Below, piece after piece: positions 24,550 through 24,852 of a stretch of 24,852 bases of DNA. Within the stretch, counting starts at the first letter, position 1; every line of letters starts with the position of its first letter. A model generated the notes under the pieces. That model was given only the letters and a program-made list of their open reading frames with translations. It ran no database searches and was not told the DNA's origin. The position numbers and the translations under genes were made by a program. The DNA comes from a virus. Lineage: Duplodnaviria; Caudoviricetes. The DNA is taken from positions 1 through 24,852 of IMG/VR virus record IMGVR_UViG_3300042252_000041; one strand, 5' to 3'.

Positions 24550-24852
24550 TCAGGCGAGGCGGGCGATGGCCTCCGGCAGGTCGGCGAAGCGCTCCACCAG
24601 GGCCGCGGCGCCGGCGTCCAGGAGCCGCTCGCCGTGGCCCGGCCCGCAGTGGCCGCCGCCGGTGAAGCCGAGCACGCGCATGCCGGCGGCGCCGGCCGCC
24701 GCGACCCCGGGCAGGCTGTCCTCGAGCACCAGGCAGCCGTCCGGCGGCACGCCCAGGCTGGCGGCGGCGTGCAGGAACAGGTCGGGCGCGGGCTTGCCGC
24801 GCGCGACCAGCACGGACGAGAAGACGTGGGGATAGAACAGCTCGTAGAGCCC
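24550..24852 (-). CDS. Host HAD-superfamily hydrolase, C-terminal part (5' truncated by window)
   Basis: GKPAPDLFL (motif III) and [16 protein letters not shown] (motif IV); frame open to the window edge. Confidence 0.9.
   Translation of the reverse strand, partial: GLYELFYPHVFSSVLVARGKPAPDLFLHAAASLGVPPDGCLVLEDSLPGVAAAGAAGMRVLGFTGGGHCGPGHGERLLDAGAAALVERFADLPEAIARLA

Noticed and set aside
24386-24835. 149-aa + strand ORF across the att/tRNA region
   Set aside because: Antisense to the HAD gene and tRNA fragment; no protein features

Overview
GC-rich window holding the right-hand part of an integrated podovirus-like prophage (gene order and protein families of the BPP-1/epsilon15 type) and its junction with the host chromosome. 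Left to right: scaffold 3' end, major capsid, cement protein, head-tail adaptor, tail nozzle, three internal (ejection) proteins plus a 2741-aa polyvalent ejection protein, four tail-fibre/receptor-binding genes, an opposite-strand PEP-CTERM-type moron with a sigma-54 promoter, and a holin-like/SleB-lysin/spanin cassette. Then come an att arm (inverted repeats and an IHF site), the displaced 5' half of a tRNA-Cys gene and a host HAD hydrolase. The most unusual signal is inside the giant gene: two small +1-frame genes are nested at the ends of its cargo modules and a 48-aa membrane-protein gene follows its stop codon, each with a candidate sigma-70 promoter embedded in the giant coding sequence. 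This suggests lysogen-expressed antidote or exclusion proteins matched to the injected domains (inference). All family calls come from motif recognition by eye; no searches were run.
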